Assembly (NCBI RefSeq): GCF_009914755.1
Contig: NC_060948.1
Source: the human T2T-CHM13v2.0 reference genome, Homo sapiens
Reading direction: 5' to 3' (one strand)
DNA: 64,000 bases
Made by a program: the position numbers and the translations under genes. The notes under the pieces were generated by a model. The model had not been told where the DNA came from. It made no database searches and saw nothing but the letters and a program-made list of their open reading frames with translations. Below, in pieces: positions 1 to 21,305 of the stretch (position 1 is its first letter; each line of letters opens with the position of its first letter).

Positions 1-2410
1 AAGAAACATTAGCTAGGTGCTCAGCCAAGTGATATATTACAAAGCTTCCTGTTGGCAGAATCCAAAATGGAGAGTCACACCACCTGGGCACAGTACCCTG
101 TTATGTGTCACAATGCACTGTAACAGCAGGGCCAAGGTAGTAGAAGGGAGTCACATCACATATATGATGGATCTAAATGTAAGCCACAATCCCTTTCATA
201 GACAGGAAAGAGACAAAGAATTCACATCACCTTGGTGCTGGTCCCAATGACATGTAAAATTGTCCATGGTAGGCAGGCCAAGGCACCTTTGCTTAGGTAT
301 ATGGTCCACATATGTCACAATTTTATCTGTGGTTATGGCCTAAAAAGAAGAGTCAAATTATGCAGGAGCTGGGCTAACTATTATGTTCTAATCACACACT
401 TGGAAATATTCAGAAATAAGTTTTATAGCCCTACACAAGTCCTGGATTTGTGCATGTGAGTCAACACCTCTTGTGAGTTGGGTCAAAGCAGAGGAGTCAC
501 AGTCTCAACAATGGGCAGGATCCATGGAACAATTTCCCAATTCCACTTGAAGATTGTGTTCCAGTAGGAAAGTCCAGCCTCACAGTTGGGCTCAATATTG
601 CATAACCAAACCATCCATGGGGTTATACCGTGTATGAAAGGAACAATTTCAACCTTTGAGTGTTCTTTTGTGTGAAATTTAATACTTTATTTGTAGGCCA
701 TGTTCTTGTGTGAGAATGACAATCAAGTTAGCTGGGTGTGTCCATGATTCACAATAACATCTGGTTGCTATTCCCTGTTATGACATTGTTTGTACAACTG
801 AGGCTTTATATGGTATGCCTGAGTGTCATAATCCTCTATGAACTTTATACAAATAGGAGACCCATTATTTTACTTATGGCAATAAGACTGGCTATGAGAG
901 GCTCTGTCACAGGCAGGATAGTAACATCTTCCGGGTGCTTGGCCCACTCATATGCAATAATTTCTTCTTAATTCAGAACTCTGACAAAATTGTAATATCA
1001 TCTTTGTGGAATAGGTCAAAATTTCCCTTTGTGGGCATGGTTCAGAAAAAAGAGTACGGTCACATAAGTGAAACTCTAAGCTCAGCAATATGCCATAATC
1101 CCACCATTTTAAAGGCCCAGGCAGCTGAAGAAAATCATATCACTTAGGTCATGGGCTCAGAGATATGTCCCAATGTCCCCAGTAGGCAGGACTCAGAGAG
1201 GAGAGTTGTATCACTTATGTGCTTTTTTAGGTATATGTCACAATCTAACACATGGGAAGACACCAGGTAGAACAGACACATCACCTGGGTGCTGGGTACT
1301 GTGATATGTCACAAGGCTTCCTTAGGAAAACACCAAGGCAAAAGAGTTACATCATCTTCCAGTAGGTTTAATTGTTATGTCATAATGCTGTATGTGGGTG
1401 AGGTCCAAGCCTCAAGTCACATAATCTAGGTGACAGTCACAGAGATATATTACTATGCCTTCCTTGACATATAGCACTGGTGAAAAAGAATCATCACCAA
1501 TTTACCTGGCCTAGAAATATGTCACTTGCACCCACTCTGTTCAGGACCCATTCTAGAGAGGAGAGTTACATCACCTAATTGGTGGACATAGTGATATGTC
1601 ACAGTGATGTCTGTGGCCAAGGCTCAGGCAAGAATGTAACATCACCTGGGTTTTTGATCCAGTAATATGTCACAATCCTTACTGAGAGAAGGGCCAAGGC
1701 AGGAGAGTCACATCATTTATACGTTGGTCCAGGTAGAGATAACTATCCCATATATGATCTGGAACCAGTCTGGAGAGTCAAATCACACAGATGCTCAGCA
1801 AATGTTTATATCACAATCACACTGTCAGAATATTCCAGAGATGAGATTTACAATACCATACATGTCCTGCTTTCATGAGTGACAGTTGGCTTCATGTATG
1901 TGAGATGTGACAGTCCGTACTGTCAGCTGCATGTGCATATGAGACTCACAATTTCACCATTCTGCTGGGTTCTGTGATAACACTCTCTGTACAAGCCATG
2001 GGCCTTATCTGAGCCTGTTATAATCTTCTGTGACCTCTTTACCAGAAAGAGATATAAGAAATCACTTGTGTTTCTAAAGCAAGTTACAAGAGTGAAAATT
2101 ACTCTTATTTGTGGTGTCCACATATGAGAGCTACTATCATGCCTCTGAACTGTGCCTAGATATATGTCAAAATTTATTCTGTGGTAATGAAACAGGCATG
2201 ACAGCCATGTCACCTAAATGCTGAGCCAGACATTTTCCACTATTCTCCTTCTAGACAAGTTTCTGGCAGGAAAGTCGCATAACTGCGGGGCTGCATGAAA
2301 CTCTATGGCACAATGGCCCTTCTAAGCAGGGTTCAGGCAGAAGAGGAAGTCACATCACCTAAATGATAGACCTTGAGTTATGTCACAATTTCTCCTGTTG
2401 AAAGGGCCAG
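1..2410 (+). repeat. Degenerate beta (68-bp Sau3A/BSR) satellite with interspersed spacer sequence
   Basis: Recurrent motifs GATATGTCACAAT and GAGTTACATCACCTGGGT at ~70-bp spacing (e.g. 1203, 1279, 1346, 1563, 1636) match the beta-satellite consensus. Confidence 0.8.
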
Positions 2411-2447
2411 AAATGTATCATTTCCAATTATACTCAATTATACTCAT

Positions 2448-8583
<6,136 letters not shown>

Positions 8584-8592
8584 TATACTCAT

Positions 8593-9580
8593 TTTTATGT
8601 GGAGTAGTTTGGTATCTCATTTTGGCTTTGATTTTTTTCTAATAATTAATAATGTTGAGCATCTTTGTTTGTAATTGGCAATTAGTATGTTTTCTTTGGG
8701 GAAATGTCATTTAAGGTCTCTCGCCTATTACTAAATAGGGTATTATTATTGCTCTTAAAATTGTTATATATTCTGTCTGGTTATACTCTGTCATACATAT
8801 ATTTTGCAAATATACTTTCCTTTTTTTTTTTTCTTTGGATTCTGGTAGTTTCACTTGTCTGCTTTTGTTTTTGTTGCCTGCACTTCTGGGGTCTTATTTA
8901 AAATTTTTTTCTGTCCTCTTTGATAAAGAATTTCTCTTTGCTTTATTGAAATCATTTTATAAGTTTGAGTTTTATATTTTAATCTTCTATTTATTTTTAA
9001 TTATGTTATTTAAATATGGTAACAGGTAGGCATCTAGTTGTATTACTCAGTATTTAAACAATTAATTTTACTGGCACCATATATTGATGTGGTTGACTTT
9101 TCTTAAATGTGTGTCCCAAACAGTTTAAAAATTATTTGGCTCTACATTTATTAGTTTATTACTGGAATCAGTGGACACTTTGGTCTATGTGTCTGTTTAC
9201 TATACCAGTATCATGCTGTTTACTTATTACAGCCTTGCAGTATATTTTGAAGTCAGGTAATTTGATGCTGTCAGCTTTTTTCTATTTTAGAAGATAACGT
9301 TGGCTATGTAGGGAGCTTTAATTTTTCCCTATAAATTTTAATGCTTTTTTTAATTTCTGTGAAAAAATGTCATTGGTATTTTTACAGAGTTTGCATTGAG
9401 TCTGTTGATTACCTTGAGTAGCAGATCCATTTTAACAATATTTTTATAAGTCATGACCAAAATATACTTCTCAAGTTTTTCATGATTTTTAATCTCTTAA
9501 TCAATGTTTTATAAGTATCGTGCAGAGAGTGTTTATCTTTTTAATTAAGTTTACTGCTACGCACCTTTATTTTTTATTTT
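8593..9580 (-). mobile_element. Ancient L1M ORF2 3' segment
   Basis: Degenerate similarity to the reverse complement of the L1 ORF2 3' half (e.g. ttgaagtcaggtaatttgatgctgtcagct at ~9250). Confidence 0.75.
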
Positions 9581-10078
9581 AGATGCAGCAAAATTACTCT
9601 GAAAAATTTAACATGCCTTTGTGATTAAAACAACTGAACAGTTTAGGTATAGATGGTATGTACCACAACACAGTTAAGGCAAAATTTGACAAATCAATAG
9701 CTGATATCACACTGAAAATAAAAAGATGAAAGCCTTCTACTTAAGACGTAGAAGAAGACAGTGATGTCACTTTTACCACCTTTATTCAACACATTACTGG
9801 AAGTCTTAGCCAGATTATTTGTGCAAGAGAAAGAAATGAAAGACATCCAACTAAAAAAGGAGAAAGTCAAATTTTCTCTCTTTGCAGATCACATAACTGT
9901 TTATATAACAAAACTTAAATTACTACACTAAAAATCTTGAGAATTGATAAATTAAGTAAAGTGGCAGAATACCACATTACATAAAAAAGTTGTAAGAGCA
10001 TATTTACATGCCAAGAATCAGCCATCTGAAAAAGAAATTCAAGAAAAAAATATTTACAACAACTATAAAAACTAAGTC
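9581..10078 (+). mobile_element. Ancient L1M ORF2 RT segment, inverted relative to the neighbouring segment
   Basis: Degenerate RT codons on + strand (gatgcag.aaaa; ttattcaacac..tactggaagtcttagccaga; ctctttgcagat). Confidence 0.75.
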
Positions 10079-10079
10079 T

Positions 10080-12400
10080 TACTTCATTTCAGCCTGAAGG
10101 CTGAAAAATTGGACTGCTGATTTCAAATGAAGCCAGCTCTTTTCTAACAGTTTTTCTCTGAATAACGTCCTCCTGTGCAATAGGAAAAGGAGGTGGAGCC
10201 ATTGAAATTCATACCTTTTGGCAGCAGAGGAGCCTGGACTCTTAAATTGCTATGTGGTGACCTGGTGTTCCTCAATCTGTGAGGTCCGGACCTGTAACAG
10301 GATTGCCTCTCACTTTGCTGAGTTTTTTTCTTTTTTTTCTTTTTCCTTTGGGCCCAGTAAACTTTACTTCTTGCCCTCCAGTGTATTCATTAGCCTCTTC
10401 CTTCATAATCATGTGACAAGATCCTTGTTTTAGCTTAACTAAGGAGTAATTTCTATAAGATTTCATTGTCTAGATGTGGGGCTTGAGGTAAGGTAAGATG
10501 TAAATCAAAAAATCTTTTCCTATTTTGTTTGTAAGTCTTTTCATTCTTGGACTTCTCCTGAAGTCCAACACTTCAGGAGACTTCAGGGTAGGGACTCTGC
10601 AGTACCCTACCCAAACAGCCCCAGGCACATGTAGGATGCATAGTTGAATGGTGGCTCCTCATTCCCATCTCCTCTGGGCTGAAAAATGCCAGGTGTCTTC
10701 TCCTTCACTGGCCAAGGGATCCAGCCTCACCCAAGAGAAATTAAATTTTTCTCCTTGCTGAAGGAACCTGTTTTCATAAGAATGAAAAGGTTCTTTCCTG
10801 CCCTACACTTCAGCCTTTTTTTTTTTTCTTCATCCTGTCAGCAATTTACTTTTAAGCAGAAGATTTTGTTCTTCCTCTTACGGAATGTTTTGCTGGGCTA
10901 TGCTCCAACAATCACTGCTTATATTCTTTGCAGAATTTTAATTGTGAATAGGTATTTTTAGGTTGGTCTAGAGCTGTGGCCAATCTAGTTGGCTTTGTAT
11001 ATCATCCTCTATGGTTGTTAGGAAATTTTGCTGCAGGCATCCATTTTGTTTTATATTTTTAGGAACATGACATGTAACAGTGTGGCAATGTTTTGTTTTG
11101 GCCTCCGTCATTTTACAAAGATGGCCCAGGTTTAATGCTGGCTTAAGGAAAGAGCCCCTTCTGGTTTTATATCAACATGTAACATTTGCCATTTGCCGAT
11201 TCTCTTCCCCTTTACAAACTGCCTTGATTTTTTTTCTTCCTATTTGTAAGTTAGCTTTGCTAAAATCTGAAAGCCAGAAATGGCGGCTTGGTGCTGCTAG
11301 AGTCAGGTAATAGAAAATTTGAAAGGACTTCCTTAAAGAGTCCTCAACTTGATTAAAAGTGGATATCCAAAGTATAGGTATATTTAAAAGACCTTTATGT
11401 TTTTCTCTTGTTGCATGTTGTTTTGCTGCTGAAAGTGTTTTTCTCAGCCAACTGAATTCTTTTTCTTCATTTTGTCTAGCCACTCTAATGCATGCAGTAG
11501 AGGCCAGTAATTCAATCTGGAAACTGGCAAATAAAACCCTTATGCCTACTGGGTTTTCTTCTGCCTATGTAGTTATATATGTGTTGTCAGTGTGATGTCT
11601 ATATATAGAGCTCTAATAAACTTAAAGTGTGATAAGAACTTTGAACAAATATTTATCGAAGGGAAGAAAAAAAGATGTGTACCTTTTTGTCTACCTGACT
11701 TTTAATCTTTGAGAAATAAAAACAGCCTTAAAAATTATCATTAAAACACAAAAGTCATCAATGTGTCAGTGGGTGGACTAAATTAAGCAGGTCAGATACT
11801 AGTTTTCATAAATGTTTGAAGTTTATAAACAGCATTTTTGGGTTTTGAGAACAATTCAACTTTGCTTCATTATTGGTAAGGCCTGAGGACAAACAGAATT
11901 AACCATACACTTAATTTGGCTGGAAGGAAGTCAAATCCTTACCGCACCAAGCACATAATTAAAATAATTTACCTGATTTTACATTAAAGTCAAAATTACT
12001 AGAATTTACCATTCTAAAACATAATTAAAAGCACTGGAAGTAGATTTACATATGAGTAAATGATTTACCTACAGTAAAATGTGTTTCTAATAAAAAATTA
12101 TAAGAAGTCATGAATATATAAATTCTTGACTAGGGTAAAATGTTTATTCTGAATTAGATAATATAAAGCTAAAAGTTCAAACAAGTTTTGGAAGGATTGT
12201 AAAATTAAATCTTGCCAAAGGAATTCTCTTTGTGAACATTATTTAAATTTAAAAGATATTATATGGGTTTTTTGTAAATTGGGCCATGAAATAAAGTACA
12301 ACAAGGTATTCTTATGGCACAAATCTGTTCCTTAGCAAAATTTGTAAAGAATTCTAAAAGGTTTTTGCTTTCTACATTTCTAAGTCATCATTTTGGTTAA
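10080..12400 (+). mobile_element. ERV1-class LTR 3' part plus internal leader remnant (LTR1/MER52/HUERS-P-like group)
   Basis: LTR-end-like gtgacaagatccttgttttagcttaactaaggag (~10413-10460) followed by degenerate ERV1 internal sequence; subfamily uncertain. Confidence 0.55.
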
Positions 12401-12436
12401 ATGATTGATTTAACCAAATTAATTAATTAACATATT

Positions 12437-12878
12437 TAGTGATATTGTCTCACTCTGGACAATCTCCAACCATGCTCAGGTGCTTGCTGAAGCCAAAGCG
12501 AATACAGAATGGGTCTTAGAAGAAGGTAGTCATCAATACCAGCTACAACCACTTGACCAGCTGAAGGACTGTAACTGTTGTATGTATTTTCTCCTTCTTT
12601 TGTTAAAAACATTTTTTTGTTTATACACTCATACTTAGAAAATATCTTCATTTCCTTTTTCCTTTATAATGTGTTATAAGATTTATTAACTTTGCATTTG
12701 CATTTAAGTATTATTAACTTCATGTAATGATATTTGGGTTGGGGATTGGTGCATTTCCAGATGTATGAAGAAAAGTTGTATTGTATTAGGCATAATTGTG
12801 ACTTCATTATTTTGTTTATTCAAAGATTATGTATAATCTCAGTAGATGTGCATGGGTTCAGGTTGCCAAGGGGTAGAC
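12437..12878 (+). mobile_element. HERV-L internal 3' end
   Basis: gaagaaggtagtcatcaataccagctacaaccacttgaccag motif and PPT-like ccaagggtagact directly before an MLT2 LTR. Confidence 0.7.
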
Positions 12879-13230
12879 TTGGGATAGTTAGTATTGTGTG
12901 TCAATGTGATTGTATTGAAGAATGAAAATTATTAATCCTCAGTGTGTCTGTGAGGGTGTTCCTAAAGGAGATTAATATTTCAGTAAGTGACCTGCAAAAG
13001 GCAGACCCTTCCTTAATCTGAGCAGGTACCATCTAGTCAGCTGCCAGCATGACTAGCTGCCAGATAGAAAAATATAAAAATATGAGACTGGTCTAGTCTC
13101 TCAGCCTACATTTTTCTCCCATGCTAGATGCTTTCTGCTCTAAAACCTCAGGCTCCAAGTTCTTTAGTTTTGAAAACTGCATAGGCTTTCCTTGCTCCTC
13201 AGCTTGCAGATGGCTTATAGTGAAACCTTT
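12879..13230 (+). mobile_element. MLT2A-type ERVL LTR (partial)
   Basis: tgtgtctgtgagggtgttcctaaaggagattaatattt...ggcagaccc...gctcctcagcttgcagatggc matches MLT2A. Confidence 0.8.
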
Positions 13231-13519
13231 GATGAATACAACCATTCAAACTCTTTCCACAGGGAGGGAGAAAGACATTCATCTTAACTTTGGTTTTCAG
13301 TTTTAAAGAGCATAGATGTGATGCTTACTCTTTAATTTTATAACCAAAATCTGTTATCATGTAGGTTTGACAGAAGAATGTATACCCTCTCTGTCACTTT
13401 CCAAAAACTCAGTGTAAGAATTGGGTGTAAAAAAAGTCTTTTGTGTGGCACCTGACTGCTGCACAACAAATATCCTTTTAAAAAATTTAAACTCAGGTCT
13501 TGAAGAATTTTCCTAAAGT

Positions 13520-16500
13520 TTAGATGATTCACATTAATAAGAAAAATGTTTAAATGTCATGAAAGAAACCCTCATGAAAAATATAAGCAGAAACAGCTAG
13601 CACCATTGGAGAAATACTGTAGATCCTTTTATAAGCAGGCATTGAATATAACATAAGTAACGTAATGAAATTTAAAAATAAAACAGTAATATTAAAAGTG
13701 TGGTCAAGTATTAAAAGATAATAATAAAGGATAAGATAGGTCTGAAAATCTAGAGAGAAAATAGAAATCTATGATGCAATAAATACAGTACGTGGAAAGT
13801 AAAAACTCAATAGAGCACTTAGAGAACAAAAGTCAAAAACAGTTTAATTCCTTGAAAGACCTGAATGAGTAAACTAAAAGCAGAATTTTATTCCCAGAAA
13901 AGAAAGAAAAATTCATAAAAAATAAAATGACTGAAAAAAATGCTGAAAGATTTTCTAGAACAGAGATTTTTCTCTGTAAGAAATTTCTAGGAAAAAAAGA
14001 GGTCATCCTTGAAGAAATGTAGTAAAAAAATGGCAAGCAGTTATCAACAAAAATGGATAATAATACATTTCATACAATTTAATGAAATAAGATAGAATTT
14101 AAAATATCATATTAAAGCATACAAAATAAAACAAATCAAAACAAAACATAAGATCTTGAAATTTTTCTAAAGCTGGTAAAGATATTGATTAGTTTTAAAC
14201 ATAAGATATACTTTTTTCAAGTCATGAGAATATATAAAAATGATGAAAAAATATTACAGGTTAATACAACCAATTTTAAACAGGAGATGAAAGTGAAACT
14301 TAACGTGGAGCAAATATAAATAAAAACTTAAAATTATAGACATATATCTAAACATTTAAATCATTACAAGTTTAAATTAACATGTCAATTAAAAATATAT
14401 CCTTTTAAAAACCAGAGCTCTGTGCTGCTTATGAAACATACATCAAACACAAGGCAAGAAACAGTTAATAAATTAGAAAAATTGATATACCTGGTAAATT
14501 CTATGCCTCTAGTAAACACTGCATATTTTCAGATTTAAAACAACAATTAATACTATAGGAAAAATTACGGTCACCTAGATAACAACCAACTGTCAGTAGA
14601 CTAGGAGGATAACACAATTTTAATCTATACTTCTACAATATAGGCAGCAAAAATTGATGAAATTATAATAAATTAATTACATTAAAATGAAACATTTTAA
14701 TACAACACTCCTAGATTATTGGTTCAGCAGAGGTCAAATTATGTAAGATGCTGTTCAAAAACTTTATGCGACAGGAAGTTATAGGATATAGTATTTAGCA
14801 ATGCATATTGTTCTAAAAATTCAGAAACATTTAAAGACATACTATGCCATAAGGCAAGTCTAAATACATTTCAAATGTTCATGTATTATCAAGAACACAT
14901 TATCTGATTCCAATATAAACAAGTCTAAAAATATACATATTTTTAAATCCTCTATATTAGAATTATATAAGACAGACTTCTTAATAATGCATGAAAAAAA
15001 ATTTGACATTCTAAACTAAATAATAGTTGAAAATGTTAAGTATCAGTGCTTTTGGAAACCTGATAAAAGAAAAGTTAGTGATGAATTAAAAGGTTAAAAT
15101 GTTGTATTTCATGAAGAAATAAGAAGCTGGCACTAGTATGTGAATCATTTGTTATAATTAGGAAAAGAAGAAACACATACACCAAAAGAAAAAAAAAAGC
15201 ATAAATAAAAAGATAATAAATGAAGAGCAGAAGTTAATCAAAAAGTAATAGAATTAGTTCTTTGAGAAGACTATGAAGCTCACAAATCTTTGACCAGATT
15301 GATTGAGCAAAGAAATAACACATAATATTAAGACATAAAGACAGGGGAGGTTCAGATAGGCAGCAGAAATTTAGAAATACAACAGTATTAGGAACATCTT
15401 TCTGCAAACAAATTTTATTTTTTTCAGTGAAACAGAAAAGTCTCTACAAAAAAGTCAGTTACCCAAACCAACTCAAGAAGAACTAGGAAACTGCACTTGC
15501 TATATCATTTTGAAAAAATGCATCCACATTTAAATTATCCCTATAAAAATGTATTAGAATACACTGCTTTTATAGTTCGATTCTACCACACATTCAAGGG
15601 AAGAAATGTGTCTGAAAAGTGAAAAAGAGAAGAAAAACACAAAAGCCTAATAAATTTTCAAATTAATAAAGTCTTGTTACTACATTCAAACAAAAAGTAT
15701 GAGAATTAAAAACAAAAAAAGATTAATATTACTTCCAAACAACAATGTGAAAACATGAGCAAAATATAAGTATATTATTTTGTCTTCACACAGCTGTGAA
15801 GAAATACCTGAGACTGGGTAATTTATAAAGAAAGGAGGCCTAATTGGCTCATATTTTCTCAGGCTGTGCAGTAGGCATGGCTAGAGGCCTCAGAAAACTT
15901 ACAACTATGCAAGAAGGCCAAGGGAAATCAAATGTTTCTTCACATGGTGGCAGGAAAGAGAGTGTAAAGGGGAAAGTGCCACACATTTTCAAAAAAATTC
16001 AATCTCATGAGAACTGATTTACTATAAGGAGAACATAAAGAGAAAGTCTGCTCCCATGATCCAAACATCTCCAACCTGGCCCCCCAACCCAAAACATGAG
16101 GGTTAAAATCAGCATGAGATTGGAGTGAAAATAGAGCCAAACCATATCAATGAGCAAACACATGTAAGCTTACACATCATAAATGCATATCTACACTAAA
16201 TTAATTTCAAAGAGAAAAGAGTGGCTCAACTTAAGAAAACCTATTAATTTAATGCATTATATTAATATACTAAAGTAGGAAAAAATAGAATTACATCAAG
16301 GAATACAGAATAAGCATCAAATAAAACATAATAGCTATTTATAATGAGACATTAAAGTACAAAAGAAGGAAATGTTCCTTATCTGAGAATACTTCATTCA
16401 AAATCAGGAGAAAGACAAGAAGGGTCACTATTACCATTTCTCTTCAACATTGTCCTTGAAATTTTTAACTTATACAATAAACAATACTAATAATAATACT

Positions 16501-16690
16501 GTAATACATAAGAATTGGAAAGAAAGAAGTAAAATATTCCTCATCCATAGATGACTTGATTGTATACATGGACAACTTCAAAGAATATACAAACCATATA
16601 TATTAATAAGAAAACTTAAAAAATTTTCTAGATGTGGTATCAAGATGTCAAAGTTGAAATTACCTACCTACCTGTAACAGAAAACCACAG
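13520..16690 (+). mobile_element. Highly degenerate ancient L1M (ORF1/ORF2 remnants), interrupted by a MaLR LTR
   Basis: A-rich sequence with L1 ORF2-like patches (aaatcaggagaaagacaaga...tcttcaacattgtccttgaa; gatgacttgattgtatacatgg ~16400-16570). Confidence 0.65.
15770..16149 (-). mobile_element. MaLR solo LTR (MSTA/THE1D-type)
   Basis: aaatacctgagactgggtaatttataaagaaa...ggcctcagaaaacttaca...ccaaaccatatca (reverse complement of the tgatatggtttgg start). Confidence 0.85.
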
Positions 16691-16756
16691 GAAGGCCAAT
16701 TACTTGAGTGATAATGCAGGCTTTACTTCCATTATGAGCTGTGTGATATTGAAGTA

Positions 16757-16870
16757 TACATAATCCTCTCTCAGTATTAGTGGGGGATTGGTTAAGGACT
16801 TCCATGGACACCAAAATCAGCATATTCTCAATTTCTTGGCATTAACTGGTGTAGTATTTGCATATAACTA
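16757..16870 (+). mobile_element. MER2 (TcMar-Tigger) DNA transposon fragment
   Basis: gtgggggattggtt..aggac..ccatggacaccaaaatc...gtagtatttgcatataac matches the MER2 5' part. Confidence 0.7.
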
Positions 16871-16879
16871 GCTGTCCAG

Positions 16880-19041
<2,162 letters not shown>

Positions 19042-19510
19042 TGAGGTTGAAGGTGGGACTCACCTCCAGGGGTAGGGCTCACACATGACCCAGATTGAGG
19101 ACTACCCAAATCAGGGCCAAGACAGAAGCAGTTTTTCAATCAGACATGCCCACCAGCGTGTCGTGTAAATTTACCTTTGCTATCATAACACCCAGGAGTT
19201 ACCACCCTTCTATGGCAATGATCCAATGATTACCACCCCTTCCCTATTAATTTCGGCATTTATCAATCCATGCAATTAAAAGCGAATATAAATATGGCTG
19301 CAAAATATCCCTGAGCTGCTACTCTCTTGCTTATGGCATAGCCCTGTTCTGAAAGAGGAGTCAAAGAGCTGTAACAAGGCCAGAGATGTGATTCTGTCTT
19401 ACCAGCTACGCTATTTTTTTTAAATCTCTGGTTTGGCATTGAATTCTTTCCTGGACAAAGCCAAGAAACTCATGATCTTAGCTCTGCTTTGGCCTTGACT
19501 CTCCTGCATT
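19042..19510 (+). mobile_element. ERV1 3' LTR (MER66-like)
   Basis: Starts tgaggt...gggact; cagattgaggacta, cccaccagcgtg, aacacccaggagttaccacc, ccctgagctgctactctc motifs. Confidence 0.7.
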
Positions 19511-19879
19511 GTGTCTACTGTTCCATTCCAAGATTTAGTAAACTATGAATTAAGCAGATGGAGTAAATGCAATTACTTTAAATGCAAAAGTTAAAAGTCA
19601 TCAAAAGAATTCAATAATCAACAAAGAGAATATTTTAATGCAATGTTTTCAAAATCCAAAATAATGCAATAATAATCATAATAAAATATTAAAATAGTTT
19701 TAAAGCTAGCATATTACTGATTCTTTATTTATTTTGATTCCTGCTTCAATATTCCTTAGCATAGCCTTAATATTGATAGTGAGCTTATTTTTCTATAAAA
19801 TATTTTGTTCAACATTATTTTTTATTTGTAATTATTTATGAATATTGCACTGAAATACAAATCTTAATTACTGAGCTTT

Positions 19880-20720
19880 TTAAATCAATAAATCTTAGTA
19901 GAGTAGTTTTAGGCTTACAACAAAATTGAGTAGAAAGTACAGAAAGCTGCCTTACACCCTGTGTCCACATGTACAAACTTCCCCACTATCAACATTTCTG
20001 ATGAGACTGGTATGTTTGTTCCAATTCATAAACCTATATCAATATATTATTACTCAATATCTGCAATTTACATTAGGGCCCACTTTTACTGTTGCACATT
20101 CTATGGGTTTTGGCAAACATGTAATAAAATGTATCCAAAATTGTAATAATATATAGAATATTTTCACTGTTGTATACTCTAATAATCACCTGACTTGTGC
20201 CTATTTTTTCCACTCTCACCTGTAAACCATTGGGACCCCTAATCTTTTTACTGCTTCAATAACTTTCTAGATTGTCATATATTTTAAATAATATGTGTAG
20301 CATTTTATGATTGGCTTATTTCACTTACAAATATACACTTAAGTTCCTTCTATGTCTTTTCAAGACTTGAAAGCTATTTTTTTCTGTGCTGTACAGTATT
20401 CCAGAAATATTCCATAAACCACAGTTTATCCTCTTAATTACTATAGAACAACATCCATATGCAGATTTTGATGTAAACATATTTTTAATTTAGTTAGATA
20501 AATTCCAAGAATCAAGCCTGCTGTATGAGATCAAAAGAATAGGTTTAGTTTTGTTAAAACAAAACAAGACAAAGCTTACCAAACATTCTTCTAAATGTGC
20601 TGTTATCAGTGCTTTCAATTTTTGCAATTTTATGTTTATTTATTTAATTTATTTATTATTACCACATTCACAACTTCTGAATAGTATATGATGTTTATCA
20701 TCCTTTCATATGCTGATTCC
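19880..20720 (-). mobile_element. Ancient L1MC-type 3' end
   Basis: gtagttttaggcttacaacaaaattgagtagaaagtacaga... L1MC 3'UTR pattern. Confidence 0.7.
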
Positions 20721-20729
20721 CTGAGTCTT

Positions 20730-20940
20730 AACTACTGGGGAAGCAAAGGAAGAGGATACCTGAGACAAAATTGGAGGTTGCAGTGAGCTATGATGCACTA
20801 CAGCCTGGGGGCAGAGACCCTGTCTTAAAAATAAAATAAAATAAACAGAAGAAAAGAAAGAAGGAAGGGAGGAAGGAAAAGAAAGGGAAGAGAAAAGAAG
20901 GGAAAAAGAAGAAGAAAGAAAGAGAAAGGAAGAAGGAAGA
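20730..20940 (+). repeat. Alu right-arm fragment followed by GA-rich low-complexity tract
   Basis: gaggttgcagtgagctatgat...cagcctggg...gaccctgtc, then A/GA-rich run 20827-20940. Confidence 0.75.
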
Positions 20941-21029
20941 ATTTGTCAGCAAAATAGTGAATCCTAAGCCTGTTTTTCACGTTTATTCCCTAGAATTCAA
21001 TACATATAAATTTGTTTTTTTGTGTGTTT

Positions 21030-21305
21030 ACTTGTTTTGTTTTGTTTTGTTTTTGCTTGGAACAGGGTCATGCTGTATCACCCAGTCCAGAGTGCAGTGA
21101 TGAGATCTTGGCTTAGTGCAAACTCCACCTCCTGGGTTTAAGGGATTCTCCCAGCTCACCATCTGTAGCTGGGACCATAGACCCACACCACTACTCCCAG
21201 CTAATTTTTTGTATTTTTGATAGAGACAGGGTTTCACCATTTTTCCCAGGCTGGCCTTGAACTCCTGACCTCAAGGTTACAGGCATGAGCCACCAAGCTG
21301 GGCCT
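21030..21305 (-). mobile_element. Alu (degenerate, internal deletion)
   Basis: Alu consensus with (TTTTG)n tail. Confidence 0.85.
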
